Made by a program: the position numbers and the translations under genes. From assembly GCA_964630375.1 (NCBI GenBank), contig CAZVRT010000005.1:5798-69797 (forward strand): DNA of 64,000 bases, given 5' to 3'. Positions 18,545-28,730 of the stretch are shown piece by piece. Source of the stretch: an uncultured Candidatus Saccharibacteria bacterium. Lineage in GTDB: Bacteria; Patescibacteriota; Minisyncoccia; Phycocordibacterales; JAACPR01. The notes under the pieces are model-generated. The model did not search any database. It was not told the origin of the DNA and saw only the letters and a list, made by a program, of their open reading frames with translations. The stretch's first letter is position 1. Each line of letters opens with the position of its first letter.

Positions 18545-18787
18545 ATGAAAGAAAAAACACCGCATGAGCTTGTTGCGGAGCACATTATTGCTACTTCTGA
18601 CAACAAAAAGCTGAGACTTAGTATTATCTCAAATCCTGAAGGTGTTGTTGCTTGGATTAAATTCAATCTCAAAGATTGGGTAATTTTAATCAACACATCT
18701 TATGATGCGTTTCATCAAGATACTGACGTTGACTTGAGACTTGTGTTAGATGAGTTGAAAATTTTATTGAGTATTCATGATGAATAA
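18545..18787 (+). CDS. Hypothetical protein
   Basis: 80 aa, acidic; followed by a terminator. Confidence 0.35.
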   Translation: MKEKTPHELVAEHIIATSDNKKLRLSIISNPEGVVAWIKFNLKDWVILINTSYDAFHQDTDVDLRLVLDELKILLSIHDE

Positions 18788-18796
18788 AAATATTTT

Positions 18797-18821
18797 CACG
18801 CAGAAATGCGTGTTTTTATTT
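18797..18821. terminator. Bidirectional intrinsic terminator
   Basis: CACGCA-GAAA-TGCGTG hairpin flanked by an A/T-run upstream and TTTTTATTT downstream. It separates convergent genes. Confidence 0.55.
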
Positions 18822-18845
18822 AACTAGATTTTAGATTATTAAAAA

Positions 18846-19853
18846 TTAAATTATCAAAAGCGGTAAAAATAAATAAATCACCAAAAGATAAATCAAAATA
18901 CTCATAATATCTCGAATCACAGTTGCAAAAGGTCCGGATGCGATTGCAGGGTCAAGATTTATTTTATTAAACAAAAGTGGAAGAGCAATAGCCGTTGCCG
19001 ATGAAGCCAAAATTGTAAAGAAGAAAGAAATTCCTAAAATTACGCCAAGCAAAATATTTTGCCACCAAAGTGCCACTACAATCATTGCAATTAAACCAAG
19101 TATTACCGCGAGTAGAGAAGTAACGATTGCTTCTTTGTGGTAGTAATTTGAGTTTTTAAATGAACTGTCCATTGTAAGACTTCTGATAAAAATAGTTTGA
19201 GTTTGGCTTCCAACAGCGTCTGCCATGTAAACAACAGCTGGCAAAAAAGCCGCTAAAACAATCAATTCAGAAAGCATTTCTTCAAAGAAGCCAATAATTA
19301 TTGCTGCAAACATTCCACCGACAAGTCCAAAAACCAACCAAGGCAATCTTTTCTTTAAATATTCGTAAGCATTACTTTTCAAAAGAGCTTGTGAAGGGTT
19401 TTCGCTTTTTGAAATACCAGCAGATCTCAAGATATCTTCTGTGTTTTCTTCGTGCAGAATATTTAAAATCGTGTCAGATAAAACAACTCCCAGTAAATGA
19501 CCGCTTTCATCAACTACCGGAACATTTTTTAAATTATTTGCGATAGCGATACGAGTAATTTTTTCTTGATCGGTGTGAGAACGAACTGTTATAAGTTCTT
19601 TGGTCATTATTTTTTTAATCGGAGTTGTGTTTGGATTTATAAATAATTCTCTGATAGATATAACACCTTTCAAAACATCATGACTGTCGACAATATAAAC
19701 ATAATTTATACTCTCAAATTTTTTAGATTCTTTTATTAAAACTTTTTCAACTTCTCCAACTGTGTTTTCAATTTGAACAATCGGAACATTTTTTGCCATC
19801 AAGCGACCTGCACTTTCTTTTGGATAATATGCTTTTTTAGTAGACTCTTTCAT
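18846..19853 (-). CDS. mgtE: Magnesium transporter MgtE (CBS pair + MgtE membrane domain; no N-terminal MgtE_N)
   Basis: Tandem CBS domains, then 5 TM helices with ...GPFATVIRDIMSIL. Confidence 0.8.
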   Translation of the reverse strand: MKESTKKAYYPKESAGRLMAKNVPIVQIENTVGEVEKVLIKESKKFESINYVYIVDSHDVLKGVISIRELFINPNTTPIKKIMTKELITVRSHTDQEKITRIAIANNLKNVPVVDESGHLLGVVLSDTILNILHEENTEDILRSAGISKSENPSQALLKSNAYEYLKKRLPWLVFGLVGGMFAAIIIGFFEEMLSELIVLAAFLPAVVYMADAVGSQTQTIFIRSLTMDSSFKNSNYYHKEAIVTSLLAVILGLIAMIVVALWWQNILLGVILGISFFFTILASSATAIALPLLFNKINLDPAIASGPFATVIRDIMSILIYLLVIYLFLPLLII

Positions 19854-19938
19854 TTAGATAAATTTTAACATACTTTTTTTCCACATCTTAAAATTTTTTA
19901 TACACAAAAGAATTTTAAAAAAGATACAATAAAAATAT

Positions 19939-21297
19939 ATGAATTTCTTTTTAAAAAATGTTTGTTCATTTTTTGTTTTTATATTTTCTCTGACAATAAT
20001 TTTGCCAACAATTGCAATTGCACAAGAACAAGAAGAAATTTATTACTACGAAAATTCTATAACCAATCTTTTTGTCGATAAAATTCAGCTTGCCAGCGGA
20101 CCTTTTAATCCAGGTGAATCAATTTCTGGATTTTTTGAAATATTTAATATAGATCAAAATGCAATTTCAAATATTTCTTATAGAGTTGAGTTGGTTTATC
20201 TAGTTGATGTCGACGGTGCTTTTCATCCTTCAGAGGCAATAAATACTTCAGAAATCAGTAGTCCGATGACAATTCCTGCAGAAGGAAGTGTGAGAGTTCC
20301 TTTTATTTATCAAAGTCCAAAAAACATTCCTGAAGGCGAGCTTGGTCTTTTAATTCAAACGTATTTTGGCAACCAAAATCCTTCTGCTTATGAAATAATT
20401 CCAATTGAATTCACCGGAGAAAAAATTACTCTTTTGGAAAGAAGTGGATTTATTGTTGTGAATGAAGATGAAATTTTTGATTTATTAACTGGTCCGACAA
20501 TCAGAAAAGACGAAAAAATGGAATTTTTGGCTATTATTTTAAATTCGACAAATTCTGATAAGAAAATTTCTACGAACTTAAAAATATTTGAAGGAAATAA
20601 TTCAAACACCACTCCGATTTTTGAAACCAATTTAGATGAAGTTGAAATAAAACCAGATGAAGAGTCAGAAATTTTAATTGATGTTGATATTAAAGAATAT
20701 AATCCTGCTGTTTATACAGTTTTAATGACTTTTAAAGACGAACAAAACAGAGAAGTTGTTTTGCCGATAGAATCAAGATTTATTGTCGCAGGTGCAAAAC
20801 CAAAAATTGAACAAGTAAAATATAATACAACCGACTTAACAAACGCAGCGTCTTTTGATGTCCGAGTATTTTACATGGATGCGCCTTATGATTTTCGTAT
20901 AAATGAAGATGGAACTCCACGAGATTCTAGATATGAATTATTGAATACAGAAAGAGGTGTAGCTTTAAACAATATGTCTGCAAAAGTTCTTGTGAAAAAT
21001 ATTGCAGATGGAAAAATTTTAGCTGAACAAAATATAAAATTTGAAAGTGGCGCGGATGAGGTTGCTAGATTTGAACCTTTTTATAATCTTTATGGATTAA
21101 ACATAACAGTTGAACTATTTGAAAACGGAGAATTAGTAGACACTTACACAGAAGATATTTCAGTAACTACAAATTGGTATGGATTTTTTGAAAAATATTT
21201 TAAATTTTATCCACTTGAAACAATTTTAGTTTTGTCGATTGTTGTAATACTTTTTATTGGCTTAATTATTTCAGTAATTTTAAGAAGACGAGTATGA
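19939..21297 (+). CDS. Hypothetical cell-surface protein (signal peptide, C-terminal TM anchor)
   Basis: 452 aa; N-terminal hydrophobic signal, C-terminal helix ILVLSIVVILFIGLIISVIL + RRRV; beta-rich composition. Confidence 0.55.
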   Translation: MNFFLKNVCSFFVFIFSLTIILPTIAIAQEQEEIYYYENSITNLFVDKIQLASGPFNPGESISGFFEIFNIDQNAISNISYRVELVYLVDVDGAFHPSEAINTSEISSPMTIPAEGSVRVPFIYQSPKNIPEGELGLLIQTYFGNQNPSAYEIIPIEFTGEKITLLERSGFIVVNEDEIFDLLTGPTIRKDEKMEFLAIILNSTNSDKKISTNLKIFEGNNSNTTPIFETNLDEVEIKPDEESEILIDVDIKEYNPAVYTVLMTFKDEQNREVVLPIESRFIVAGAKPKIEQVKYNTTDLTNAASFDVRVFYMDAPYDFRINEDGTPRDSRYELLNTERGVALNNMSAKVLVKNIADGKILAEQNIKFESGADEVARFEPFYNLYGLNITVELFENGELVDTYTEDISVTTNWYGFFEKYFKFYPLETILVLSIVVILFIGLIISVILRRRV

Positions 21298-22664
21298 AAA
21301 AAGCATTTTTAATTTTTGGAATAATTGCAGCATTTATTTTCTTCAATCATCCTGTTGAAACTTTTGCCGGCGATCCTCATTTTTTGAGTCGATTAAATGT
21401 AACAAATCCAAAACCACCAAGTGTTAAAAGTTATGCTCCGGGAGAAAGAATAGCTTTTCAAGTTGATTTTCTTTGGACTTATTGTAGTAACAGAGGAGGA
21501 AGTTTTTCAGAGGGAAGAATAACGAATCCAGTTTTGCAAAGTCGTCCTCATTCAAGTTTTTCTGCTTGGAAAAGATTGGCGACCGTTCATGATCAATATA
21601 CGGTCAAAGAGTTAAATGATCTTATAAAGAAAAAATATGGTTCAATGCCTACAACAGTTGAAAGTATTGATTACAATGGCTCTGTTATGAGTCGCGGTAT
21701 TTATATACCTTTCTCAATAAAATTTAAATCTTCTGGCGGAGGGAGAACTGGCGGTGGTACGGGAGAAAGTGCGCAAGCGCAAAATTATGTAAGAAATTTA
21801 ATTAAGGGCTACCCTCGAGATAGTGTTTATACAACCACTTTTAACGCACCGCAAACTCCAGGAATTTATCATTTTAAATATGAAGTAAAAGTAAACACGC
21901 CTCAAGGAGATATTGTAAAAGGAGGTGTTGCTACTTTTAAAGTTGAAAAACCTTTGGATTGCCCTCCTGGAACACAAAAAGTTATTATCAATGGTGAAGA
22001 AAAATGTATTCCAATTGAAAATGAAATTGAATTGATTTGTTCTGCTGATAAATCAAAAGTTGATGTTGGCGAAACCGTGACTTACACAGCAAGATCTCCA
22101 AGGACTGTTAATTTCACTTGGTACAACGGAGATAATTTAACAGGAAATGTTTTGTCTGGACCAATTTCTGGATTGAGTAGCTCGATTACAAGAACTTTTT
22201 CAGAAATCGGAAATTATTTGACGACTGTAAAAGCAACTGACTCTGCTGGGGGAATTGGAATTTGTTCAATTAGAACTGCGGTTGGTGATGTTGAAGAATG
22301 GACTGATGAAGAAACGACAGAGTATGAAGAATTCGAAGAAGAAATTTTAGATGAAATTGTTACCGAAGATGGAAGAATTTTGAAATTCGACAGGAATGCA
22401 GGAGACGCCGTGATTAAATTTGAAACAGATCGAGCAATTACAAATGATATTTGTGTTGGAACTTGGGAAGCTGAAAATGTTTTGCAATGTTTCTTGGTGC
22501 AAAATGGGAGATTGAACAAACTGCAAGATGAAATCGAATTTTCTGATTCAAAAGAATTGATTCCGGGAAATTACCAAATTCAATGCTTGGCGTTGAAAGA
22601 CGGAAAGCCTGCTTTGTCACAGGAAAGATTCTGTCGAACAAACCCAGATTTCAGAGAAAGCTAA
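21294..22664 (+). CDS. Hypothetical secreted protein (signal peptide; Ig/PKD-like beta-rich, acidic C-terminal half)
   Basis: 456 aa; ATGA start overlap with the upstream gene; N-terminal signal MKKAFLIFGIIAAFIFF. Confidence 0.55.
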   Translation: MKKAFLIFGIIAAFIFFNHPVETFAGDPHFLSRLNVTNPKPPSVKSYAPGERIAFQVDFLWTYCSNRGGSFSEGRITNPVLQSRPHSSFSAWKRLATVHDQYTVKELNDLIKKKYGSMPTTVESIDYNGSVMSRGIYIPFSIKFKSSGGGRTGGGTGESAQAQNYVRNLIKGYPRDSVYTTTFNAPQTPGIYHFKYEVKVNTPQGDIVKGGVATFKVEKPLDCPPGTQKVIINGEEKCIPIENEIELICSADKSKVDVGETVTYTARSPRTVNFTWYNGDNLTGNVLSGPISGLSSSITRTFSEIGNYLTTVKATDSAGGIGICSIRTAVGDVEEWTDEETTEYEEFEEEILDEIVTEDGRILKFDRNAGDAVIKFETDRAITNDICVGTWEAENVLQCFLVQNGRLNKLQDEIEFSDSKELIPGNYQIQCLALKDGKPALSQERFCRTNPDFRES

Positions 22665-22688
22665 AAACTTGATAAAAGTATATAAATA

Positions 22689-23516
22689 TTGCAGAATATA
22701 GATATGTATAACAAAACACAAAAGAGAGCCGTTTATCTTTTAGTTGTTTTAATCTTTGTTGAAATTATTTTCTTTCTGTCTGTTTTTACAAATGTTGGCG
22801 TAAATTTTAGAAATAATTTAGCGGCGATTCTTCCAAGTGTTTTGGTAAAAGCCACAAACGAAGAAAGACAAACTCAAGAATTGCCGGAATTGGTAGAAAA
22901 CCCTCTACTTGTTGAAGCTGCAAAATTAAAAGCAGAAGATATGGCGGCAAAAGGTTACTTTGCTCACATTAATCAAGAAGGTCAATTTCCTTGGCACTAT
23001 TTAGATTTAGTTGGATATAAATATTCTGCTGCTGGAGAAAATCTAGCTGTAAATTTTGTGCAATCTCGCGAAGTTCATAGAGCTTGGATGAATAGTCCGA
23101 CTCACAAAGCAAATATTGTTGAAGAAAAATTCTCAGAAATAGGAATTGCTACCGCAGAAGGAATTTATAAGGGAGAAGAAGCTGTGTTTGTTGTGCAATT
23201 TTTCGGAACACCAAAAAGCAATTTATTTAAAAATTCTGACAATGTTGCGGTTTCTGAAAGTATAAATTTAGGAAATATTAACACCAATGTTTTGGGGGCA
23301 AGTATTTTTAAAGACAACTCTCCATACACAATGATTTTAATAATTTCTGTTTCTATAATTATTTTAATTTTGATTGCACTGATTCTAAAATTCTTTGTTC
23401 CAATAAAAATTCATCACAAAAAAACTATCATTGATTTTGTGATTGTTGTAATAATTATACTTTTGCTTTCTATTGTTAATCTGCAAGTAGTAAATTTTGT
23501 TAAAGGAGAGGTTTAA
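22689..23516 (+). CDS. CAP/SCP/PR-1 domain protein, membrane anchored (N- and C-terminal TM helices)
   Basis: Central CAP-like region (...GYFAHINQEGQ...GENLAVNF...HRAWMNSPTHKANI...). Confidence 0.6.
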   Translation: MQNIDMYNKTQKRAVYLLVVLIFVEIIFFLSVFTNVGVNFRNNLAAILPSVLVKATNEERQTQELPELVENPLLVEAAKLKAEDMAAKGYFAHINQEGQFPWHYLDLVGYKYSAAGENLAVNFVQSREVHRAWMNSPTHKANIVEEKFSEIGIATAEGIYKGEEAVFVVQFFGTPKSNLFKNSDNVAVSESINLGNINTNVLGASIFKDNSPYTMILIISVSIIILILIALILKFFVPIKIHHKKTIIDFVIVVIIILLLSIVNLQVVNFVKGEV

Positions 23517-23597
23517 AACTTATTTGACATAGTATTCTCATTATGTAAAGTAAAGTTACAAATTGGGTTTTGTAATTTTATTATTTAAGAAAATTTT

Positions 23598-26500
23598 ATG
23601 AATAAGTCTTATAAAAGCAGTATTTTGGGGTATTTATTAATTACAATTTTAGCTTTTTCTCCGTTGGTGACAGTTGCCGAAACTTTGGAAGATGCTCCGG
23701 TATCAGATCCTGTTGTAGAAGTGGCAGAAGAAGTGCAAACAGAACCAGAGATTCCTGCTGTTGATGAAACAACACCCGAATCCCCTGAAGAAGAGGTTGT
23801 TGATGATATTGATGAGGTTGCAGAAGAAGTAAAAGAAGAAATTCAAAACGAGAATCAGGAAAATAAAGAAGAACAAACCGAGGCTGATACAGCCAACAAT
23901 GACGAAACAAAAGATGAAACTCCTCAGGAAGATTTATTTGATAATTTTGTTAAAACAATTAATGAAAATGTAAAAGCTCCAATTGTTGATACATTTAAAG
24001 AAGAAACCTCAAAACAAGAAAACATTGTTACTTTTGTAGAAAAAGTTGAATTAAATGTCACATATAAATTTTCTTACAATGAACAAGTTCAAGTTACTTT
24101 CACAAAACTTCCGGAAAACCCAGGTAGCCTATCTATTGAAGAAGTGGTTTTAACCAACGAACAAGTCAAAGAATTTGGAGCGTTGAGTAATGTTGCTTAT
24201 GACATTACTTCAAATATGGAAAATGGCTCTTTTGAATATGATTTGAAATTACCAGTTCCAGAAGGAGTGGAGAAAGTTTCAAAAGTTATATACGCTGAAA
24301 ATGAATCTGAATTATCAAAGAAAAATATTGGAGTAGTTGATGAGGTGAAAGTTGATGAAGTTTCAAACGAAACTGTTTTAGTTTCAGAAATGAATCACTT
24401 CACGATTTTTATTGTAACTAGAGACATACAAGATTTTGCAGATCTTGATTGGGAAGGAGACAGAACAGCTCCAACTGATGGGTGGGTCGAAACTACAAAC
24501 ACTTTAATTATGAGTATTGATGGCTCAAAACAATCAACAAGTGATCATCACAAAACTGAGGGTGTTCAAGCAGATATTCCAACTGGAAAAAACAGCGTGA
24601 AAGTTCAACTTTTAATTGATAGTGATTGGAGTACTGTCGATTATGTTAGGGCTGGTCTTTGGGGAAAGGTTGCACGAGTTATAAATCCAGCAAACAATGA
24701 TACTGCGTGGCCAATAATCGAATTTACAAATGAAAATAATAATCCTCGTTTCAGAGTTTGGGATACCATATCAGGAGGGTGGACTAATTTACCTGAGCCT
24801 GTTGCCTACGGGGATACTGTAGATTTTGAGGTTTTACAAAATCCATTTACAAGTGAGTTTGAATTTTATCTAAATGATAATTTAGTACATTCATACAGCT
24901 CGGTTGATGGTGCAGATAATTACAATTTCTATGATGGTTTAATTTTGAATGCTTACAACAATGGTGAAAGTTATTCTGTAAAGTGGTCTAATTTAGAATT
25001 AGGAGTTGTAAAAGAGGTTGCAGAAACTTCGGATTCAAAATACTCATATCTTGAAAGATATGTTGCTGCAAATAACTTTGGACCAGGTTCATCTAATGCA
25101 AATATTTTTGCTCAAGTGTTGGTGCCTTTGACAGCGACAAAAGTTAGAGCAACTATAGATGGAACAACTATTACAAGCACTGATGGTGTAGATACCAAGC
25201 TTGATGACAACATATTTAAATCAGGTATACAGCATGGAAAACAAGTTTGGAGAATTAAGAAAGCAATGCCCGTTGGAGAATATGATGTATTTGTTGAATA
25301 TGAATTAAGTGGTGATTGGTATCCTGTTACAGGTGGTCCGGCAAAAGCGTTTGTTACAAGTTCATTAGGAGTAGATATTATAAATCCAAACGATTCTAAG
25401 TTTATTTTTAGACCTGGAGACAGCAGTGTTGTTCGCCTAAGAATTAGCGATAAATATAAATCTTTTAGAGATGCAAAATTTACTATCAACGGGACTGTTT
25501 TTGAAGTAACAAGAGACACACTAGGGGTTGATTTGAGACAAGAGGGAAATTATGTTCTTGTCGATATTTCAAAAGCTTCAAACTGGGTTCCGTTACCAGA
25601 AGGTTCATACACAGCTGAGGTAAATGTTTGGAACAAAGCAAATCAAAGATCGTTTAAGTCAGATGAACAAACAAGAGAGTTTATTATCGACGCAACATCT
25701 CCACAAGTCTCTGAATTTACAGCCCCTGAACTTGTATCAAAAACTTTGCCAGTATCTGTAAAAGCAACAGACAATAATGGTATTGAAAGTGTGAAGTTTT
25801 ATTTGGCTGAAAAGAAAAATGGTGTTTGTAAAAATAACTACTCATCAATCAAAGATGTTGTTGTAACAAGTGGTGTAAATGATGTTTATACAGCAGAAAT
25901 TGATACATCAGCTTTAAATGGAGAGTATTGTGTTTTGGCAAGTGCAAAAGACGTAGCAAGTCATACTAGTGTTCCATTATTTAAGAGTGTAGAGATTGAC
26001 AATACGGCTCCTGTAGCAGAAATTACTTTTCCAACAAATAATCAAGTTGTGAGTGGAGTTGTTGAAATAAGAGGAACTGTTTTAGATGATAACTTGTTGC
26101 GATATTATTATAATATTGCCGGAATATCAAAAACAATTACAGGAGATAATTCTTTTTCTGATCAAGTAATCTATACTTGGGACACTACTACAATAACTGA
26201 TGGTACTTATTCTTTAAGATTAGAGGCACGTGATAAAGCTGATAATAAAAATTCTAGTTCAGTAGATGTTATTAATGTGATTGTGGACAATACTGCACCA
26301 GCAATTCCAACTGGATTATTTTGGGAGGATTCAGAAGGTGGTGTTGTAGATGATAATGGTTCTACTGAATTGGATAAAGGGATTGCAAGATGGGCAAATA
26401 ATACTGAGTCTGATTTAAGTCACTATGTTTACAAGTATTGGAATGACATAAACACATCGCCGTACAATGACGAAGCCAGTGCTTATGTAGCTTCAAATAT

Positions 26501-27074
26501 TAAAAACTCATCTTTGTCTGGTACATTTAACCAAGGTTATGGTACACATCATTTCTGTGTTTCTGCTGTAGACGTTATTGGAAATGAATCAGGTTGTAGT
26601 GATGTATTCACTATAAATTATGTGGAAGAAGCTATTGTGTCCACACCAACTCCTGTAACACCACAACCAGAAGATAGTGACTTCCAAACAACATCATCTG
26701 ACGAGTCACGAAGATCAAGCTCAAGAAGAACTTTGGGTGGAACATCATCTGCCGGAGAGGTTTTGGGTGCGTCTACTGGCTTGAATCACTCATGTAATGG
26801 AATGTACCTAAACACTTATTTGAAAGAAGGTGTTACTTCAACGGATGTTGCATTATTGCAAACATTCTTGAATAGTGAAGGTGCTTCATTGCCTGTAACA
26901 AGTTACTTCGGAGCTCTTACAAAAGCTGCAGTAGTTGCTTTCCAAAATAAATATGCAGAAGAAATTTTGAAACCGTGGGGAGTTTCAGCTACTGGTTTTG
27001 TGTTTAAAACAACACGATGGAAAATAAACAATATTGTTTGCCCAGGTTCAGAGGAGTTTCCGATGATTCCGTAA
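23598..27074 (+). CDS. Giant secreted surface protein with C-terminal peptidoglycan-binding domain
   Basis: 1158 aa; signal peptide; about 90-aa Glu/Asp-rich low-complexity linker; multiple Ig-like beta domains. C-terminal PG_binding_1-like motif (DVALLQTFLN...FGALTKAAVVAFQNKY). Confidence 0.7.
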   Translation: MNKSYKSSILGYLLITILAFSPLVTVAETLEDAPVSDPVVEVAEEVQTEPEIPAVDETTPESPEEEVVDDIDEVAEEVKEEIQNENQENKEEQTEADTANNDETKDETPQEDLFDNFVKTINENVKAPIVDTFKEETSKQENIVTFVEKVELNVTYKFSYNEQVQVTFTKLPENPGSLSIEEVVLTNEQVKEFGALSNVAYDITSNMENGSFEYDLKLPVPEGVEKVSKVIYAENESELSKKNIGVVDEVKVDEVSNETVLVSEMNHFTIFIVTRDIQDFADLDWEGDRTAPTDGWVETTNTLIMSIDGSKQSTSDHHKTEGVQADIPTGKNSVKVQLLIDSDWSTVDYVRAGLWGKVARVINPANNDTAWPIIEFTNENNNPRFRVWDTISGGWTNLPEPVAYGDTVDFEVLQNPFTSEFEFYLNDNLVHSYSSVDGADNYNFYDGLILNAYNNGESYSVKWSNLELGVVKEVAETSDSKYSYLERYVAANNFGPGSSNANIFAQVLVPLTATKVRATIDGTTITSTDGVDTKLDDNIFKSGIQHGKQVWRIKKAMPVGEYDVFVEYELSGDWYPVTGGPAKAFVTSSLGVDIINPNDSKFIFRPGDSSVVRLRISDKYKSFRDAKFTINGTVFEVTRDTLGVDLRQEGNYVLVDISKASNWVPLPEGSYTAEVNVWNKANQRSFKSDEQTREFIIDATSPQVSEFTAPELVSKTLPVSVKATDNNGIESVKFYLAEKKNGVCKNNYSSIKDVVVTSGVNDVYTAEIDTSALNGEYCVLASAKDVASHTSVPLFKSVEIDNTAPVAEITFPTNNQVVSGVVEIRGTVLDDNLLRYYYNIAGISKTITGDNSFSDQVIYTWDTTTITDGTYSLRLEARDKADNKNSSSVDVINVIVDNTAPAIPTGLFWEDSEGGVVDDNGSTELDKGIARWANNTESDLSHYVYKYWNDINTSPYNDEASAYVASNIKNSSLSGTFNQGYGTHHFCVSAVDVIGNESGCSDVFTINYVEEAIVSTPTPVTPQPEDSDFQTTSSDESRRSSSRRTLGGTSSAGEVLGASTGLNHSCNGMYLNTYLKEGVTSTDVALLQTFLNSEGASLPVTSYFGALTKAAVVAFQNKYAEEILKPWGVSATGFVFKTTRWKINNIVCPGSEEFPMIP

Positions 27075-27099
27075 TTGTTTTGCAATTAAAATATCTTAT

Positions 27100-27246
27100 A
27101 AACAAAAAATAATAGTTTAAAAATACATTGCGGAGCCGTTCCAAACGGCGAGCATTAGCGAAAGAGAAGAAACGAGACACTTTGTGTCTCGTTTCTTCTC
27201 TTATCGCGTGTATTTTTAAACTATTATTTTTTGTTTGTGTCATATC
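27100..27246. repeat. 147-bp nested inverted-repeat element (MITE-like, or complex bidirectional terminator, or structured RNA)
   Basis: 28-bp perfect terminal inverted repeats AAACAAAAAATAATAGTTTAAAAATACA (27100-27127 / 27219-27246). Internal 18-bp perfect hairpin (27163-27201) and a 6-bp hairpin (27135-27149). Confidence 0.6.
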
Positions 27247-27263
27247 TTGATATAATAAACTCA

Positions 27264-27728
27264 ATGCGACGACGAGGATTTACACTGATTGAAGTAATTA
27301 TTACGACTGTTTTGTTAACAATTATCCTGACTATTGTTTTTAATTCGTATCACAACGCTCAATTAAAAAAACAACAAGACGGTATTGTGCAAGATTTAGT
27401 TTCAGATTTAGAAAAACAAAAAGCTGATACGGTTGCCGGTAAAAATGGTTCAATTTTTGGAATTAAATTTAACCCTGAAGACAATAATTATGTTTTGTAT
27501 CAAGGGCAAACTTTTAATCCTGAAAATCAAAATAATAAAAATAAAATTATTAACAGTTCTTTTTTTCTTGAAGAAACAATTGAAAATCAAAATAATTTGA
27601 TTTATTTTTCAAAACTAACAGGAGAAGCAAACCAAACTGCAATAATTACGATTTCGCACATAGAGGAAAAAGTTAATCCACAATTAATTTTTATTGAAAA
27701 AAGCGGAAATATCTCTGTGCTAAAATAA
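27264..27728 (+). CDS. Type IV pilin-like protein (pseudopilin) with prepilin N-terminal motif
   Basis: MRRRG|FTLIEVIITTVLL... matches the prepilin peptidase/N-methylation signal. Start trimmed to ATG 27264. Confidence 0.7.
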   Translation: MRRRGFTLIEVIITTVLLTIILTIVFNSYHNAQLKKQQDGIVQDLVSDLEKQKADTVAGKNGSIFGIKFNPEDNNYVLYQGQTFNPENQNNKNKIINSSFFLEETIENQNNLIYFSKLTGEANQTAIITISHIEEKVNPQLIFIEKSGNISVLK

Positions 27729-27736
27729 AGAAATAA

Positions 27737-28219
27737 ATGAGACTTCCTTCGACAAAAAAGGGGATTAGTATGATAGAAATTGTCATTTCTGCTGGGATTG
27801 TGACAATTACTGTCGCTGCAATCGTTACGGTTATTCAAACATATCTTTCATTGGTTAAACAAAATTCTATTGAAACACAAGCAGTTCTTTTGTTAGATGA
27901 GACTGCCGAAGCTTTGCAGTATTTAAGAGATGTTAGTTTTGAAGATAATTTTGGAGATGTAAATACTCAAACCGCTTATACTATTTTTTGGAACGGAAGT
28001 TCTTATGAAATGACAAACGAAACCATAATCTTACCTCATGAAATGACACGAAAAATTTATTTTACAGAAGTAAAAAGAAATTCAAATGATGTTATTTCTC
28101 AAAATGGAACAACTGATGAAAGAACTATAAAGGCAACTATTGTAATTAACTGGCCATCAAAAGAAGAACAAAAAGAAATTTCTTCTGAAATGTTGATTCA
28201 CGATTTGTATGAAAATTAA
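27737..28219 (+). CDS. Type IV pilin-like protein (pseudopilin)
   Basis: ...KKG|ISMIEIVISAGIV... prepilin-type N-terminus. Confidence 0.65.
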   Translation: MRLPSTKKGISMIEIVISAGIVTITVAAIVTVIQTYLSLVKQNSIETQAVLLLDETAEALQYLRDVSFEDNFGDVNTQTAYTIFWNGSSYEMTNETIILPHEMTRKIYFTEVKRNSNDVISQNGTTDERTIKATIVINWPSKEEQKEISSEMLIHDLYEN

Positions 28220-28730
28220 TTATTCAAAAAATAATAAAGGATTTACTCTTGTAGAATTTTTAGTCTACATTTCTGGAATGATAATTATTTCAGCAATTTT
28301 AACTATGGTTGTTGTTCAATTTTATGGAATATATAAAGATTTGATACTTGTGCCTAGAGCAGATCGAGCTGGTTTGATGATTGTAGATAGAATCACAAGA
28401 GAGCTAAGAGTCGCAAATCAGGTGGATTCAATCAATAGTGTGTTTGGATCTACAAATGGAGTTATTGTTTTTGATGTTTATAATTCTGGTTCTTTAACTA
28501 AAAAAAGATTTTTTGTGGAAGATGGAATTGTTAAATACCAAGAAAATAATGGAGAAATCCAATCTCTAACTTCTGAAAATTTAAATGTGAGTAATTTGAA
28601 TTTTACTCTTGCTAACACAGATGTCTCTAGTGCCGTTCGTTTGAATGTTGAAATTCAATACAATGACAGAGATGGAATTGAAACAAAAGATTATACGGGA
28701 TTTGCAATTTTAAGAGAATCTTATGAATAA
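28209..28730 (+). CDS. Type IV pilin-like protein (pseudopilin)
   Basis: ...NNKG|FTLVEFLVYISG... prepilin motif; overlaps neighbours (operon). Confidence 0.7.
   Translation: MKINYSKNNKGFTLVEFLVYISGMIIISAILTMVVVQFYGIYKDLILVPRADRAGLMIVDRITRELRVANQVDSINSVFGSTNGVIVFDVYNSGSLTKKRFFVEDGIVKYQENNGEIQSLTSENLNVSNLNFTLANTDVSSAVRLNVEIQYNDRDGIETKDYTGFAILRESYE

Noticed and set aside
23598-24000. Possible CRISPR-like or tandem DNA repeat in the GAA-rich tract
   Set aside because: It is a coding low-complexity acidic linker. There are no regularly spaced identical repeats, no spacers and no cas genes.
25112-25519. 135-aa minus-strand ORF inside the giant surface-protein gene
   Set aside because: It is embedded antisense in a long continuous plus-strand ORF with signal peptide and domain structure. 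It has no start context.
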